Notes: a model not told the origin generated them from the sequence alone. A stretch of 64,000 bases of DNA from Macrostomum lignano (GCA_002269645.1 NIVC01002950.1:64919-128918); one strand, 5' to 3'; shown: positions 36,761 through 47,718, counted from the first letter of the stretch. Made by a program: numbers and translations.

Positions 36761-37532
36761 TATTCTTTTCCATAACCAACTGGCTACCTAGCTGGCTTTG
36801 GACCACATGAGCTGCAGCTAGAGGGTTTCTATGGCTGGGCCGTAAAGTCTGACGCTCAGGAGTCAGGAGTGAGGGGGAGGTTGACTGATTCCATATATTG
36901 ACAGCTTCTTAACTCATAAATATTTTTTCATTTCCCTAAGCTGCAGTGCTACTAGTCTCCCATCTGCAATATGTCTCGCTGCCTTCAATGAATTCGCAAA
37001 TTAATTTTAACAATTTGTCTGAAAGCTTGTTGAGTTGAGTTTATCAACTCAAGCAACGGAGAGATACGGTGGGAGATGTGTCATATGGAAGTGCATGCAC
37101 AGAGCAGTCATTAGCAGGATCCTCAAGCCAAAGCACCTCTTAGTGTGCTTTGCTGGTTTGCACAATCGGCAAGCAGCATCTTAGTTGTGTTTGATTTAGA
37201 AAGTAAACAGGCAGCAATCACGATATTGTTGCTAGCCAATATTTTATCATAACGATGCATACTTCGTTCGCTCGTACAGTAATTTACAGCTACTGTAAAG
37301 GGGATCAAACAGTCAAATAGCTCTGTCATTGAAAATTAAAATAAAGCGTTATTCATCATTGGGTAATTAGGTAAGCTGTCAAAGTTTAGTACAGCAAACA
37401 GTTTTAGAATATAAGAATATCAAAACAAAGACCTGCTGGCTGCTGTAATATGCATAAGGTCTCTAGAAACCAATATTGGCAACCCAGATTTTTTTCTTGG
37501 CGTCCCTAGCAACCAGGATTAACTCATTTTAG

Positions 37533-37715
37533 CGTCTCTAGAAACCAATATTGGCACCCCCGGACCGGCCATCGTTGACGTCAGCCAAGAGGAGGCCGTC
37601 ACCTGCCTGTTGCTGGGCAGCCGAGGTCTGGGTTTAAGTTCGACGAACCTTTCTCGGTAGCGTGTCCGACTATGTGCTGCATCATTCCCGCGAGCCGGTG
37701 CTCATTGTGCCGTGA
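37533..37715 (+). pseudogene. Universal stress protein (UspA-domain) last exon with a +1 frameshift; no upstream exon found
   Basis: GTPGPAIVDVSQEEAVTCLLLGSRGLG / VRRTFLGSVSDYVLHHSREPVLIVP* is the USP ATP-binding G-x2-G-x9-GS signature. Extra base at ~37637. Acceptor ttttag before 37533. AATAAA at 37725-37730. Confidence 0.85.
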
Positions 37716-37899
37716 TTTGAAAATAATAAAACATCGTATCTATGTATTTATTTCGACCGCATCTTTCCGCATCTAATTAGTTTTTTTACGTTCTACCGAT
37801 ATGTATCGAAAGCTATATAAAAATTTAATTTCTATCATTTTGGAAAGTAATTTTTGTTGTATCTTTCGATTGACAAAGATGAAGACGTTTTTATGTTAA

Positions 37900-39440
37900 C
37901 AAAGCACGGCTGGAAGCCTTTCTGTCTTTCCTTTTTATTTTCTTATTTCCTTAGCTGCGGGAGTCGGCTCTTGCTTTGGCTTAAAATGAAATACCGTACC
38001 CTATACCCCGTGGGCTGTGGCCGTTCACTCCTTCTTAGAGGTACGGGTGTACCACCATCCTGTATTGGTGCCTTCCAACCCGGCGTTGGTCGGTGTCACC
38101 GACTCAGGCTCGACCATCGGCTGAGTCTGAACTCGGAAAGTCGCTTGAACAACGCTGTTCGGGACCCCTGTGGCTATCTCCTGTTTTTGCGGCGGGTCAC
38201 AACAACGCTGTATTTGCAGTCCCGATGAGCCCTCACGATGCGCTGATCCAAATCAGCCGGACAAGAGCCGTATTTGAACCCAGCGGACTCACCATTGTGG
38301 CCTCGCAACTACGCCAGCTTGTCGGATGGACTCCATTCGGCCGATTGGAAGGGTACTCTTAGCTTTCACCCTGACAGAAGTTCCACAGGAGACAGCCCTT
38401 GCTACCCCTTCTCTATAGAATAGTAGATAGCGATCGATACATGGCTCTCGATAATTAGCATTGAAGCTACATGGCTCATTCCGTTGGCCTTGACAGCCTC
38501 CTTAATGCAGCTACATGGCTCAGTCCGTCGGCCTTGACAGCCTCCTTAATGCAGCTACATGGCTCATTCCGTTGGCCTTGACAGCCTCCTTAATGCAGCT
38601 ACATGGCTCATTCCGTTGGCCTTGACAGCCTCCTTAATGCAGCTACATGGCTCAGTCCGTCGGCCTTGACAGCCTCCTTAATGCAGCTACATGGCTCATT
38701 CCGTTGGCCTTGACAGCCTCCTTAATGCAGCTACATGGCTCAGTCCGTCGGCCTTGACAGCCTCCTTAATGCAGCTACATGGCTCATTCCGTCGACCTTG
38801 ACAGCCTCCTTAATGCAGCTACATGGCTCATTCCGTTGGCGTTGACAGCCTCCTTAATGCAGCTACATGGCTCATTCCGTTGGCCTTGACAGCCTCCTTA
38901 ATGCAGCTACATGGCTCAGTCCGTTGGCCTTGACAGCCTCCTTAATGCAGCTACATGGCTCATTCCGTTGGCCTTGACAGCCTCCTTAATGCAGCTACAT
39001 GGCTCATTCCGTCGGCCTTGACAGCCTCCTTAATGCAGCTACATGTCTCATTCCGTTGGCCTTGACAGCCTCCTTAATGTCCTCACGAAACGCTCGGTCA
39101 AGCCGTTGCTTTCCGGGTGATAAGCCGTAGTACATGTAGTTCTCAATGAGACAGACAACCAGCTCCGAAACTGGGTCCGTTGTCAGACACCAGAATATGC
39201 AGGAACACCATATCTGAGATCACGGCGGCTGATTTCATAACTTTTGTTAAGTGCACTTCAGGATAGTTGGAAAATGCGTCTACAAGCACTAGGAGATACA
39301 TCTAGGTTCCGTCGATGGGGCCGGCGAAGTCCCAGTGGACTCTCTCCCACGGAGCGCCTGGATGAAGCCAGTCGACCGATTATTCCTATTCTTAGCCATA
39401 ACCAACTTGCACATTTGACATCCCCTCACCAGAAATCTTG
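37900..39440 (-). mobile_element. Decayed Ty3/Gypsy LTR-retrotransposon integrase region
   Basis: Minus-strand fragments: VRGCQMC (end of zinc finger), PWERVHWDFAGP, LVLVDAFSNYPE, ILVSDNGPSF, TAYHPESNGLTERFVRT (D,D,E triad), GLSPVELLSG, PLRRSER, then a purine tract. Stops and frameshifts are present. Confidence 0.9.
38465..39082. repeat. 44 bp minisatellite, ~14 copies, inside the integrase coding region
   Basis: GCTACATGGCTCATTCCGTTGGCCTTGACAGCCTCCTTAATGCA recurs at 38466, 38510, and so on. Confidence 0.97.
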
Positions 39441-39447
39441 AACCAGA

Positions 39448-40000
39448 AATCAATTTAGGTCCTGACACACACACACGCCTGTGATTTAATTTCGGTCCTG
39501 ACACACACACACTTGTAATTTAATTTAGGTCCTGATACACACACACCTATAATTTAATTTAGGTCCTGATACACACACACCTGTGATTTAATTTAGGTCC
39601 TGACACACACCTGTAATTTAATTTAGGTCCTGACACACACACCTGTGATTTAATTTAGGTCCTGACACACACACCTGTGATTTAATTTAGGTCCTGATAC
39701 ACACACACACACCTGTAATTAAATTTAGGTCCTGATACACACACACCTGTAATTAAATTTAGGTCCTGATACACACACACCTGTAATTTAATTTAGGTCC
39801 TGATACACACACACCTGTAATTTAATTTAGGTCCTGATACACACACACCTGTAATTTAATTTAGGTCCTGAAACACACACACACTCAATCAATCACTCAC
39901 TAAGCTACTCACTCATTAAGTCACTCGCTCACTAAATCACTCACTCACTAAAATACTCACTCACTAACTCACTCTCATTAACTCACTCACTCGCTCATTC
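39448..40000. repeat. ~34 bp minisatellite (AATTTAATTTAGGTCCTGATACACACACACCTGT) with variable (CA)n, followed by a (CACT)n tract
   Basis: Direct reading. Confidence 0.92.
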
Positions 40001-40450
40001 GCAAGAGTTGCCAAGCTGAAAGCAAGTAGCCCGCCACAATGCAGTTTGGTAAAAGCTACCCTAACTCCAATAAGGCTCCCGCTGTCTTTACTTAACCCTA
40101 AACAAGTGAGGCTCTGTCTTTACCATTATTTTCGTTACTACCCTTTCTGTGCTGTCTGCATTATGGAAGGATCAGTAGGGGGATTTCAGCTGAGCATAGC
40201 TCTAGAGAAGTCTAAAGCTGCATTGGCACAATGGCAGTAGCGCTGGTTCAACTCTTTTTGTCTGGCGTCCCCCTTTCCAGTCTTGCCCGCAAGTTGTTGC
40301 CATGCGTTGCGCGCTCAGCTTAAATCAATCGATTTTAGTCCTTGCCCGCCTCTCCTTTCCTCCTTTCCTTTACTTAAGCCACTAGACTCCACCGCCCCGG
40401 ATATGAAATTCTGCTAAGCTATTCTTCTCTGTCTTTTTTAGCAAGCAATT

Positions 40451-40744
40451 ATGCCTAAGGCTTTTCTCGCCTTTTTCCTGCAGGTTCTGCTGCTTCTGCA
40501 GGCTCAAGCAGCAACAACTGCATCATCTATCGAGCCTAATGTGCCTGAGTACAATCGCACCTGCGCGTCTGTTGACAACTTGAGAATCAACAAGGTCTGC
40601 TCAGGCTTGCCGAACGAGACTCTCAGACTGTTCGGCGAAGACTTCGGAGTGCATTACATTCGAGGCAAGACCAAGTCCAGGGTGTTTGTGGGGCTCATAG
40701 TGAGCAAGTGTCAGCCTGGAGAGTATTGCGTTCACCTCGCTCAG
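40451..40744 (+). CDS. Cys-rich type I membrane protein, exon 1 (signal peptide)
   Basis: MPKAFLAFFLQVLLLLQAQA is signal-peptide-like; 4 Cys; N-glycosylation sequons. Donor CAG|gtaag, phase 0. Confidence 0.75.
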
Positions 40745-40974
40745 GTAAGCTGACAGGAGCAATTTCCTGTGTACTGTACCTGTGCCTTGATTTGTTACTT
40801 AGTTCGTTGCATGGTGGCTTAGTCCTGCAGTGAGGAGGCAAGCATTGATACCAGTTCCTCTAAGCACTCACACTCACCCAGATACTGATACTCTATGATG
40901 TAACTTTTGGGTACTTAGACTCAGTGGCCTTAGTGAACCTTAGTGCGCTTGAGTATATTCTATAGACTTCGATG

Positions 40975-41647
40975 CCCGTGAGGTACCTAGACTCAGATAC
41001 CTGTAAGGTACTTAGACTCAGATACCTGTAAGGTACATAGACTCGAATACCTGAGAGGTACCTACACTCAAATACCTGTGAGGTACCTGCTCTCAGATAC
41101 CTGTGAGGTACCTAGACTCAGATACCTGTGAGGTAGCTATAGACTCAGATACCTGTGAGGTACCTACACTCAGATACCTGTGAGGTATCTAGACTCAGAT
41201 ACCTGTGAGGTAGCTATAGACTCAGATACCTGTGAGGTAGCTATAGACTCAGATACCTGTGAGGTATCTATAGACTCAGATACCTGTGAGGTATCTATAG
41301 ACTCAGATACCTGTGAGGTACCTACACTCAGATACCTGTAAGGTACCTAGACTCAGATACCTGTGAGGTACCTAGACTCAGATACCTGTGAGGTAGCTAT
41401 AGACTCAGATACCTGTGAGGTACCTAGACTCAGATACCTGTGAGGTAGCTATAGACTTAGATACCTGTGAGGCATCTAGACTCAGATACCTGTGAGGTAG
41501 CTATAGACTTAGATACCTGTAAGGTACTTAGACTCAGATACCTGTTAGGTAGTTAGACTCAGATACCTGTGAGGTAGCTAGACTCAGATACCTGTGAGGT
41601 AGCTAGACTCAGATACCTGTGAGGTAGCTAGACTCAGATACCTGTGA
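40975..41647. repeat. 25-27 bp minisatellite (AGACTCAGATACCTGTGAGGTACCT)
   Basis: Direct reading; ends ~35 nt before the acceptor at 41682. Confidence 0.96.
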
Positions 41648-41681
41648 CTCCATATCCATATCACCCCAATCCCCTGAGCAG

Positions 41682-42050
41682 GCCGAGCCCACCGAGCTGG
41701 AGGACCGGCTCCTTCTCAGCTGGCGCGACGATCGAGTCCGGTCGAACCTGTGCCGCCTGCGGCCCTGCCTGAACCGCCTGTCCGCTTGCCCAGCCGCCAA
41801 GCTGATCGACCAGGACCGCCAGCTGACCTTCAACGCCGTCGATCTGCTGTGCGGCCTCACGGAGCTGCAGCAGGCCGGCGGAGGCCTCGACGGTGGCAAA
41901 AACTCGGTGCCCTACTGTCTGGAAGGCGTTCTGGACCTGCTGCAGTACGCCTACGCCGACGTTGCTAGGGAGGCTGGCAACGCGTCTGCTCAAAGAGTCT
42001 GCGATTGCGTTGGACGTCCGGGCATCCCCTGCCCGGTTCAGTGCCGCCAG
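41682..42050 (+). CDS. Cys-rich type I membrane protein, exon 2 (one apparent +1 indel at ~42006)
   Basis: AEPTELEDRLLLSW...NLCRLRPCLNRLSAC...LLCG...PYCLEG...RVCD/ALDVRASPARFSAAR. Acceptor gcag|GCC, donor AG|gtggg. Removing one T gives phase 2, which matches exon 3. Confidence 0.72.
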
Positions 42051-42054
42051 GTGG

Positions 42055-42515
42055 GCGGGTATCTGGGTGGGGTATCTAGACTCGGTGGTATCTAGAATTG
42101 GTGGGGTATCTAGACTGGGGTGGGTATCTAGACTGGGTGGGTATCTAGACTGGGTGGGTATCTAGACTGGGTATCTAGAATGGGGTGGAGTATTTAGACT
42201 GGGATGGGGTATCTAGACTGGGGTGGGGTATCTAGACTGGGGTGGGGTATCTAGACTGGGTGGGGTATCTAGACTGGGTGGGGTATATAGACTGGAATGG
42301 GGAATCTAGACTGGGATGGGTTATCTAGACTGGGTGGGGTATCTAGATTGGGATGGGGAATCTAGACTGGGATGGGGTATCTAGACTGGGGTATATAGGT
42401 AACTAGACTGGGGTGGGGTATCTAGGACTGTGGTGGGGTATCTAGGACTGGGGTGGGTATCTAGGGTTGGGGTATTTAGACTCGGGTGGGGCATCTAGAC
42501 TTGGGTGTCTAGGGG
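42055..42515. repeat. 18-19 bp G-rich minisatellite (GGGTGGGGTATCTAGACT) starting at the donor
   Basis: Direct reading. Confidence 0.93.
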
Positions 42516-42916
42516 TACTCAGATTCTGATATCTGGGTCGAGCACCTGGACTCCAATACCAAGTCAAGGACTACTTAAATATAGATTACTTCAGTCATCC
42601 TTGTATCAAGTGGCTCAATTGTACTCCTATATGAAGGTAGAAATTACTTGAAGTACTTATAATTCTAGTAGGCGTACTAATACTCACGCATCTAGCAGAT
42701 TGTCAATGCTAAAAATAGAATAAAACTTACAGCCTTCCTTAAACTCATTTTTTCAGATAATTTACAAACTGAACTGTCTTTACAGTCAGTGCCGTCAGCA
42801 CGAACAAATTCACATTGCCAGGTAAATGTTGTTTGAAAATTACCCAGAGAGCTCTCAACAAGAGTAACTTTTTCAAGTTGGCTTTTAATCACGAGTATTT
42901 AATAACCATATTTCAG

Positions 42917-43028
42917 ATTCCCAGCTTGGAACTGGTATTTCTCGAAAGCTGACGCGCTAAAATCAAAGTACAATGTGACCTTCTGCGAGAGACCCATTGA
43001 GACTGCTGCTGCGGCTGAGGGAAAGCAG
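42917..43028 (+). CDS. Cys-rich type I membrane protein, exon 3
   Basis: Acceptor tttcag|A; reads FPAWNWYFSKADALKSKYNVTFCERPIETAAAAEGKQ; donor CAG|gtaag. Confidence 0.68.
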
Positions 43029-43054
43029 GTAAGTTTGTACTTTGTTGTCTGTCT

Positions 43055-43892
43055 GACTTGTCACTCAACTGTCTGCAATCCATTGTCACTCTGCTGTCTT
43101 TAGTCCATTGTCACTCTTCTGTCTTCAGTCCATTGTCACTCTTCTGTCTTCAGTCCATTGTCACTCTACTGTCTGCAATCCATTGTCACTCTGTACTGCC
43201 TTCAATCCATTGTCACTCTGCTGTCTTCAATCCATTTTCACTCTGATGTCTTCAATTCATTGTCACTCTGCTGTCTGCAATCCATTGTCACTCTACTGTC
43301 TTCAATCCATTGTCACTCTGCTGTCTGCAATCCATTGTCACTCTACTGTCTTCAATCCATTGTCACTCTACTGTCTGCAATTCATTGTCACTCTACTGTC
43401 TGCAATCCATTGTCACTCTACTGTCTGCAATTCATTGTCACTCTACTGCCTTCAATCCATTGTCACTCTGCTGTCTTCAATCCATTGTCACTCTACTGTC
43501 TGCAATCCATTGTCACTCTACTGTCTGCAATCCATTGTCACTCTACTGTCTGCAATCCATTGTCACTCTACTGTCTGCAATTCATTGTCACTCTGTACTG
43601 CCTTCAATCCATTGTCACTCTACTGTCTGCAATCCATTGTCACTCTACTGTCTGCAATCCATTGTCACTCTACTGTCTGCAATTCATTGTCACTCTGTAC
43701 TGCCTTCAATCCATTGTCACTCTGCTGTCTTCAATCCATTGTCACTCTACTGTCTGAAATCCATTGTCACTCTACTGTCTGCAATTCATTGTCACTCTGC
43801 TGTCTTCAATCCATTGTCACTCTACTGTCTTCATCCATTGTCACTCTACTGTCTTCATCCATTGTCACTCTACTTGTCTTCAGCCCATTGTC
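43055..43892. repeat. 25 bp minisatellite (CCATTGTCACTCTACTGTCTGCAAT)
   Basis: Direct reading; fills ~95% of the 881 nt intron 43029-43909. Confidence 0.97.
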
Positions 43893-43909
43893 CCTCCTCT
43901 CCACTCCAG

Positions 43910-44089
43910 GGACCAGTCATCTTGGCCTTCTTCCCCAACATGAGCAACGTAGTGATGGCCGTAGTGCTGATTGTTGTGGTGGCCGCACTGCTCATGGTGG
44001 GCGTCACCTGCCTCTGTTGGCAGAGAATATTTTTGAATAGATACTCACGCGACCGTGTCGGATACACCGAAGTCAAGGGCACTTTGTGA
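43910..44089 (+). CDS. Cys-rich type I membrane protein, exon 4 (TM helix and short cytoplasmic tail)
   Basis: Acceptor ctccag|GGA; VVMAVVLIVVVAALLMVGVTCLCW is hydrophobic; tail ...VGYTEVKGTL*. Confidence 0.78.
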   Translation, partial: GPVILAFFPNMSNVVMAVVLIVVVAALLMVGVTCLCWQRIFLNRYSRDRVGYTEVKGTL

Positions 44090-44499
44090 GCTGTTGAAAT
44101 CAGAGTTTTGAGCCTATAACTACTTTTTAAAAAAGAGTTGTTCTTCCTTTCTTACCGACTTTTTTACGCTCTGGCTGGCATTTAGCCAGTTTTGTTTATC
44201 TCTAATTTTACTCTTTGAAGAGTTTTTTTGGTGTCAGAATTTTTCTACCCTTTTTTGAGCGTAGTATAGGAAGACTTTTTTCCTCGTATTCTTGGGCGAA
44301 AACTTCTATATTTAGTCTTGGAACTTGTCTCTTCTGAATAAATAAATCAAGTAAAATTGAAAGCCATAAAGAATTATATAATTTTTGAAGTTAAATAACA
44401 AAACTTTTTCAGCTTGTGTGCCTTTATTGAAGATGAAACAAGAAGCCATTCTTATCGTTTCTATTTTTAGAACGCGATGATTCGCCTTCTGGAACCCTT

Positions 44500-45920
44500 T
44501 GCTTTGCGCTGATTGGCCAGCATTAAACAATCATTCCAGATGTTTATTTTTAGCTCAGAATCCAGTGACCTTCGCAGCATCCCCCTCCTCGAACCCATTG
44601 CTTATCGCTGATTGGCCAGCATGAAACAATCATTCCAGATGGTTTATTTTTAGCTCAGAATCCAGTGACCTTCGCAGCATCCCCCTCCTCGAACCCATTG
44701 CTTATCGCTGATTGGCCAGCATGAAACAATCATTCCAGATGGTTTATTTTTAGCTCAGAATCCAGTGACCTTCGCAGCATCCCCCTCCTCGAACCCATTG
44801 CTTATCGCTGATTGGCCAGTATGAAACAATCATTCCAGATGGTTTATTTTTAGCTCAGAATCCAGTGACCTTCGCAGCATCCCCCTCCTCGAACCCATTG
44901 CTTATCGCTGATTGGCCAGCATGAAACAATCATTCCAGATGGTTTATTTTTAGCTCAGAATCCAGTGACCTTCGCAGCATCCCCCTCCTCGAACCCATTG
45001 CTTATCGCTGATTGGCCAGCATGAAACAATCATTCCAGATGGTTTATTTTTAGCTCAGAATCCAGTGACCTTCGCAGCATCCCCCTCCTCGAACCCATTG
45101 CTTATCGCTGATTGGCCAGCATGAAACAATCATTCCAGATGGTTTATTTTTAGCTCAGAATCCAGTGACCTTCGCAGCATCCCCCTCCTCGAACCCATTG
45201 CTTATCGCTGATTGGCCAGCATGAAACAATCATTCCAGATGGTTTATTTTTAGCTCAGAATCCAGTGACCTTCGCAGCATCCCCCTCCTCGAACCTATTG
45301 CTTATCGCTGATTGGCCAGCATGAAACAATCATTCCAGATGGTTTATTTTTAGCTCAGAATCCAGTGACCTTCGCAGCATCCCCCTCCTCGAACCCATTG
45401 CTTATCGCTGATTGGCCAGCATGAAACAATCATTCCAGATGGTTTATTTTTAGCTCAGAATCCAGTGACCTTCGCAGCATCCCCCTCCTCGAACCCATTG
45501 CTTATCGCTGATTGGCCAGCATGAAACAATCATTCCAGATGGTTTATTTTTAGCTCAGAATCCAGTGACCTTCGCAGCATCCCCCTCCTCGAACCTATTG
45601 CTTATCGCTGATTGGCCAGCATGAAACAATCATTCCAGATGGTTTATTTTTAGCTCAGAATCCAGTGACCTTCGCAGCATCCCCCTCCTCGAACCCATTG
45701 CTTATCGCTGATTGGCCAGCATGAAACAATCATTCCAGATGGTTTATTTTTAGCTCAGAATCCAGTGACCTTCGCAGCATCCCCCTCCTCGAACCCATTG
45801 CTTATCGCTGATTGGCCTGCATGAAACAATCATTCCAGATGGTTTATTTTTAGCTCAGAATCCAGTGACCTTCGCAGCATCCCCCTCCTTGAACCCATTG
45901 CTTATCTCTCATTGGCCAGC
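44500..45920. repeat. Near-perfect 100 bp tandem array, ~14 copies
   Basis: TCCAGTGACC recurs at 44561, 44661, 44761 ... 45861; only isolated substitutions. Confidence 0.99.
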
Positions 45921-45984
45921 ACAGGAAGAGATTTTCCGCAAGCAGCTAGTCAGAAGGGATTTCCCTCAGCGTGATATTTTTAGC

Positions 45985-46656
45985 TTAAAATCTCGTAATC
46001 TTCGCCGCAGCGGCCGCTGTGCCGTCCGTGACGTATCGAAGCTCGTCCGGGCGCTGATTCAAGCGGAACAGACGAATCGCAGCCTTCTTGAAAGTGGGCA
46101 TAAAGCAGAAATAAATCACCGGATTCACAAGCATATTTAGGCTGACAAGAATTAAGCTGACATTGTAGAACAGGCCTTTCTGATCAAAGTTGAACAGGTG
46201 GAACATGTGCAGCAGGTAGCAGATCTGGTTGGTGCTGAAGCACAACACGTAGGCAACTCCAGCGATGGCGAAGGTTTTGATCAGCACTCTGGAAGCGGCC
46301 AGCTTGCGTCGCTGACTCGCCTCCGCTACGGTGCGATCTCTGCGTCGCAGACTGCGGATCATTGCGGCGTGGCACAGCGTCATGTTCACCAGCGGCAGGC
46401 CGAAGGTGATGAGGAAATTCTGCAGCCCGAACAGATTCGACAGCCAATTGGGAATCGCGCGGTTGTAGACGCAGCAGCTTCGAGTGGACGGGTCGGCGTC
46501 CAATCCGCGTGTGACGTCCATGAACACGCGCCAGTCGTGTAGGCAGCTGTACACCCAGACTGAGCAGCAAGCGACACGCAACTTTTGACGACTGCGCGAC
46601 ACCAAGGGATGGACGAGAGCGAGGAATCTCTCGACAGTGATGACCTGCAGGTTCAG
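45985..46656 (-). CDS. Class A peptide-receptor-like GPCR (galanin/allatostatin-like orphan), exon 2 (TM3 end to TM7)
   Basis: LNLQVITVERFLALVHPL (DRY-like), FGLPLVNMTLCHAAM, KTFAIAGVAYVLCFSTNQ, NMLVNPVIY (NPxxY). Acceptor cccaccag|CTG, phase 0. Confidence 0.88.
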   Translation of the reverse strand: MNLQVITVERFLALVHPLVSRSRQKLRVACCSVWVYSCLHDWRVFMDVTRGLDADPSTRSCCVYNRAIPNWLSNLFGLQNFLITFGLPLVNMTLCHAAMIRSLRRRDRTVAEASQRRKLAASRVLIKTFAIAGVAYVLCFSTNQICYLLHMFHLFNFDQKGLFYNVSLILVSLNMLVNPVIYFCFMPTFKKAAIRLFRLNQRPDELRYVTDGTAAAAAKITRF

Positions 46657-46924
46657 CTGGTGGGATGGAAAGGGGGCTTTGTCAACGGTTTTTCAGCTTC
46701 AAATTATTATTTTAGTTTGCCATCATTTTGCTTTTTAGCTCACGTTTCTAAATATTAGAAAGTTACTAAACTTCTTACAGTATGTCAGGTTTAGTTTCTA
46801 GACTTAAATATTCGGTTTAGTCTCCAAACTTCTAGGTCAGGTTTTAGTTTCTAAATTTCAACAATAGGTCAGGTTTAGTTTCTTATAACTTCTAGGTCAG
46901 GTTAGTTTCCAAGGTTTCCCTCAC

Positions 46925-47305
46925 CGTGCTGCAGATGACCAGCACCCAGATGACGTACTCGCTGAACCAGACTCGGCACAACAAGTCGCCTGCAAAGCTG
47001 GCGGGCACGTGTCTCGGAGCGTCGAGTGTCGCCCACTTGGCCCCCATAGTCAGACAGGCAAGCAGGTCGATGGCTGACTGATTTATGACCAGCAGTCTGG
47101 GATTCCGACTTATAATCCGTCGATTCTGGCCGAAAATAGCCAGCACCATTGTGTTGGCGGCGGTGCCAAGAATGGCTACAATTAGAAATATCCAAGGAAT
47201 GAACTGAATGATGATTTCAGCGACTCCGTCAGAGTCAGCATTGGCCCTGGCTAAGCTGTGGTCCGGTAGGCAGGCTGGTCTCATTGATTCCGTGCTGTTC
47301 TGCAT
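46925..47305 (-). CDS. Class A peptide-receptor-like GPCR, exon 1 (TM1-TM3)
   Basis: ILGTAANTMVLAIF (GN motif), LLVINQSAIDLLAC, DLLCRVW. Donor ACG|gtgag. Total 350 aa. Confidence 0.88.
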
Positions 47306-47351
47306 CAGAGCAGCTGAGCGACTCTTTTTGGCCTGAGGTGCAAATTGTCGT

Positions 47352-47718
47352 TTGGTTAGGGTTGTTGTTTGGTTAGGGTTGTAGTTTCGTTAGGGTTGTG
47401 GTTTCGTTAGGGTTGTGGTTTGGTTAGGGTTGTAGTTTCGTTAGGGTTGTGGTTTGGTTAGGGTTGTGGTTTGGTTAGGGTTGTAGTTTCGTTAGGGTTG
47501 TGGTTTCGTTAGGGTTGTGGTTTGGTTAGGGTTGTAGTTTCGTTAGGGTTGTGGTTTGGTTAGGGTTGTAGTTTGGTTAGGGTTGTGGTTTGGTTAGGGT
47601 TGTAGTTTCGTTAGGGTTGTAGTTTGGTTAGGGTGTGGTTTGGTTAGGGTTGTGGTTTGGTTAGGGTTGTGGTTTGGTTAGGGTTGTAGTTTGGTTAGGT
47701 TGTGGTTTGGTTAGGGTT
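47352..47718. repeat. 17 bp telomere-like minisatellite (TTAGGGTTGTRGTTTSG), ~21 copies
   Basis: Each unit has one TTAGGG plus two degenerate hexamer-like words. Confidence 0.95.

Noticed and set aside
42692-42892. Minus-strand 66 aa ORF with three Cys (WQCEFVRADGTDCKD)
   Set aside because: No recognisable domain, no convincing splice context; it lies in an intron of the membrane-protein gene.
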